Part shown: one piece after another, positions 61,381 to 64,000 of the stretch | How the letters are laid out: each line of letters starts with the position of its first letter | Numbering within the stretch: position 1 is the first letter of the stretch | From: the human T2T-CHM13v2.0 reference genome, Homo sapiens | Reading direction: 5' to 3' (one strand) | Assembly (NCBI RefSeq): GCF_009914755.1 | Contig: NC_060927.1 | Length of the DNA stretch: 64,000 bases | Made by a program: the position numbers and the translations under genes | Notes under the pieces: generated by a model | What the model saw: the letters and a program-made list of their open reading frames with translations, nothing else | What the model was told of the DNA's origin: nothing | Database searches by the model: none

Positions 61381-61590
61381 TTTCAGTTCGTTTTAGTAAA
61401 ACAAACATGTTTACCAGCAGTTGTATCATACCATTAATGAAATGGTAGATTTTCCCCTATAATTACAGTTTTAATCTGGCAAAATTCTTTGGTGTTAATG
61501 CACTAATTACTTTTTCATTTCAATTCTATTTTTTTGATTGTATGAAACAAACATTAGATGAAAATTATACTAGAGCATATGGTACCATTT

Positions 61591-61663
61591 ATATCTATCT
61601 GTCTATCTACCTATCTATCTATCTATCTATCTTTCATCTATCATTCATCTACCATCTGTCTGT
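61591..61663 (+). repeat. (TCTA)n-type repeat
   Basis: Directly visible. Confidence 0.9.
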
Positions 61664-61794
61664 CCTTTGAAGTATAACAGTTCATATACTTTTCATGAAG
61701 TTTAAAGTATTCTTAATCTATATCATTTTAATTGTTTCAGCTTTTGGAAATTGCGTAATTTTTTACAGTGGCCTAACCAACCTTAAAATTCAGA

Positions 61795-62027
61795 TTATAT
61801 ATATACATATGTGTATATATATGACACACATAATATATTATACATATTATATATGATCTATCTTATATTATACATAATACAATGCTCTGTATTATGTTAT
61901 ATATGATATATGCTTTATATTACATATGATGTGTACAATTATTCCGATTATATATTATATATCATATGTGTACATATATGTGCACATATGTACACATATA
62001 TTATGTATGCACATATATTATACATGT
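61795..62027. repeat. TA/CA/TG low-complexity tract
   Basis: Alternating purine-pyrimidine sequence with a quasi-palindrome at 61964-61999. Confidence 0.85.
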
Positions 62028-62888
62028 TACTTTTTTAGGTCATTGTGATTTTTTAATTAACTTAATATAGTCATTTATAAAATAATTCCAAGTGACTTTG
62101 ATATGATTTCTAGTATTAATATAAGCATTATTTTAGCATGGAATGTTTAATTTAATAACGTTCTCATTTTTATCATATAATTTTAATTTCATAATAAACC
62201 ATGTCATAATCTAGTAATCTTTAGTAGCATCCTCATTTTATAGATGATGTTAACTTATTTCAAATTCAGGAGACATATGAAACATAGTTATATATTTAAG
62301 TGGTTATGTTTATTTATCATAATTTTTAAATAAGAATTTATAACTGAACTTTTATACTTAGGACAGAAAATTTTCTAAGCTAACAATTGATATTTGTTTT
62401 TACCTGCACAGGACAGTAAATGCACTAAATGTAGAGATGATCTGATAGATATGGAAAGATGTAAACCAGTATACACTGTCCTATTACTAAGAGTGGATTC
62501 AAATACACCATACATTTCAATGTACCAGATAGGGAAAGAAATCCAAAAAATGGTGATTAAAGTGTTTACACAATCCATGTAAAACTTCAAATGAATTGTT
62601 GATTCAAATATAGATTTAGTTTTACATCAGTCTTTGAAATGGTAGAATTATAATTTTGTACTAACAAAAACTACATTATTTGTCTGGTAATCTCAACAAA
62701 TTTAATTGTAATGAGATTCGTTGCAACAGAACCTTAGTTCAAAATGGTACGGCACACAGGAAAAAAAAGGATTTTTTTAAACTGAAGAAATCAAACTGTC
62801 AAAATATCTAGAACTAGAGTTATATTGACAAAACTCACAACATTTTAAGATGTGTACTCAATTCTTAACAATTTAATTGTGCATTAGT

Positions 62889-63276
62889 TGCCTTGGTCTG
62901 TTTGGGGTGCTATAATGAAATTTAACTCAGTGACTTACACATAACAAATATTTACTTCTCAAAGTTCTGGAGGCTGGGAAAGCCAAGATCAAGTCATGGG
63001 TACATTAGTTGCCTGTTAAGGGCCCATTACTCATAGATGATGACTTCTACCTGTCTTTCCATGTGTCCTCACATTGTGCAAGGGGCAGAGCAGCTCTCTG
63101 GAGCCTCTTTTATACAAGTACATATCACGTTCATGAGGGCTTCACCTCATGATTTAATCACTTCCCCAGGCCCCAGCTCTTAATATCATCACCTTGAGGG
63201 TTAGGAATTCAACCTCTGAATTTTCAGGAGGACATTTGTGTCCTCAGGAGGACATATGGTCCAACAGACCACAGCA
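62889..63276 (-). mobile_element. MLT1A-like MaLR solo LTR
   Basis: agttctggaggctgggaaagccaagatcaag...tgtgtcctcacat...ttcatgagggcttcacctcatga...cagaccacagca. Confidence 0.85.
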
Positions 63277-64000
63277 CTACTGTTGTGACATATGTTTAAA
63301 AAGGTAACGTTAACTAAAATACTTAAAATGATTCTCGAAGAATAGAATGATTTTTAGTATACGTCTGGAATGACTATAAAACCAGTCTAGAAATTATAGA
63401 CCCATAATTTTTAGCCCGTATAATGCCATTGTATTTTTAAATCATGTGCATCAGAAAACTTAATTCTTTAAATGTAGATGAATTTAGGGATCTGTTTGTA
63501 TCACTATAATCCTAAAACATTGCTTTCTGAAAGATCTTAATAAATAACTACTTTTTCACTCTAAAAGCATTTGAAACCATCTTAGTGACTTGTAAAAAAA
63601 AATCATATACACAAAGTTGAGCTATATAAATTGAAAATAAAACAAAGTTAAGTACACACTTTGGGCCATTGTTGAAAGGTTGGGATGAATTGTCAAACTC
63701 ATATTTAATGTGGACATTTTAAATGAACTACAGTTGCCTAAAATGTGCACTACGAAAGAGTTTCATTTATATTCAGATTCTCTTACCTCAATTGTTTCAT
63801 TTTTCTGACTTCAAAATAAAATAAGCTAAAGCAAACACCACATGACATATGTGCACTTCAAACCACTGTCTGAAGCATTTATTTAATTAAACCAGGTTAA
63901 GAATCAATAATGTTCTATCCTGCCCTTCTATTCTCTACATCCTTTATATCAAAAGAAATCAAGTCTATCTTTACTTAATTTTTATTTGGTTTCATTACTG

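Overview
AT-rich primate genomic DNA, human or a very close great ape (it carries an AluY and an L1PA2-like insertion). The window lies entirely inside CADM2 (SynCAM2/Necl-3), transcribed on the + strand. It contains three coding exons. The first two (13576-13666 and 39295-39473) together encode the third Ig domain. The third (56980-57099) is a 120-nt frame-symmetric Thr/Ser-rich stalk exon. The rest is intron filled with Alu, L1, L2, MIR, LTR and DNA-transposon relics; nearly all other ORFs in the track are L1 ORF2 debris or chance ORFs. I found no tRNA, rRNA, CRISPR array or new protein-coding system. The most interesting observations are: (i) a cluster of GCAUG/UCAU motifs embedded in nested and mutually exclusive inverted repeats just upstream of the stalk exon, a candidate RNA-structure splicing switch; (ii) a twin-primed, 5'-inverted L1PA2-like element nested in an older L1 that lacks its 3' end, poly(A) and a visible TSD; (iii) a recursive-splice-like CAG|GTAAG site near the middle of the 25.6-kb intron; (iv) in-frame stops immediately after exon donors, which could give secreted isoforms; (v) phase-compatible exon sets that would form stop-free circRNAs; (vi) several template-switch palindromes. 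All functional readings are inference and need RNA or conservation data. Repeat subfamily calls come from recalled consensus sequences and their boundaries are approximate.
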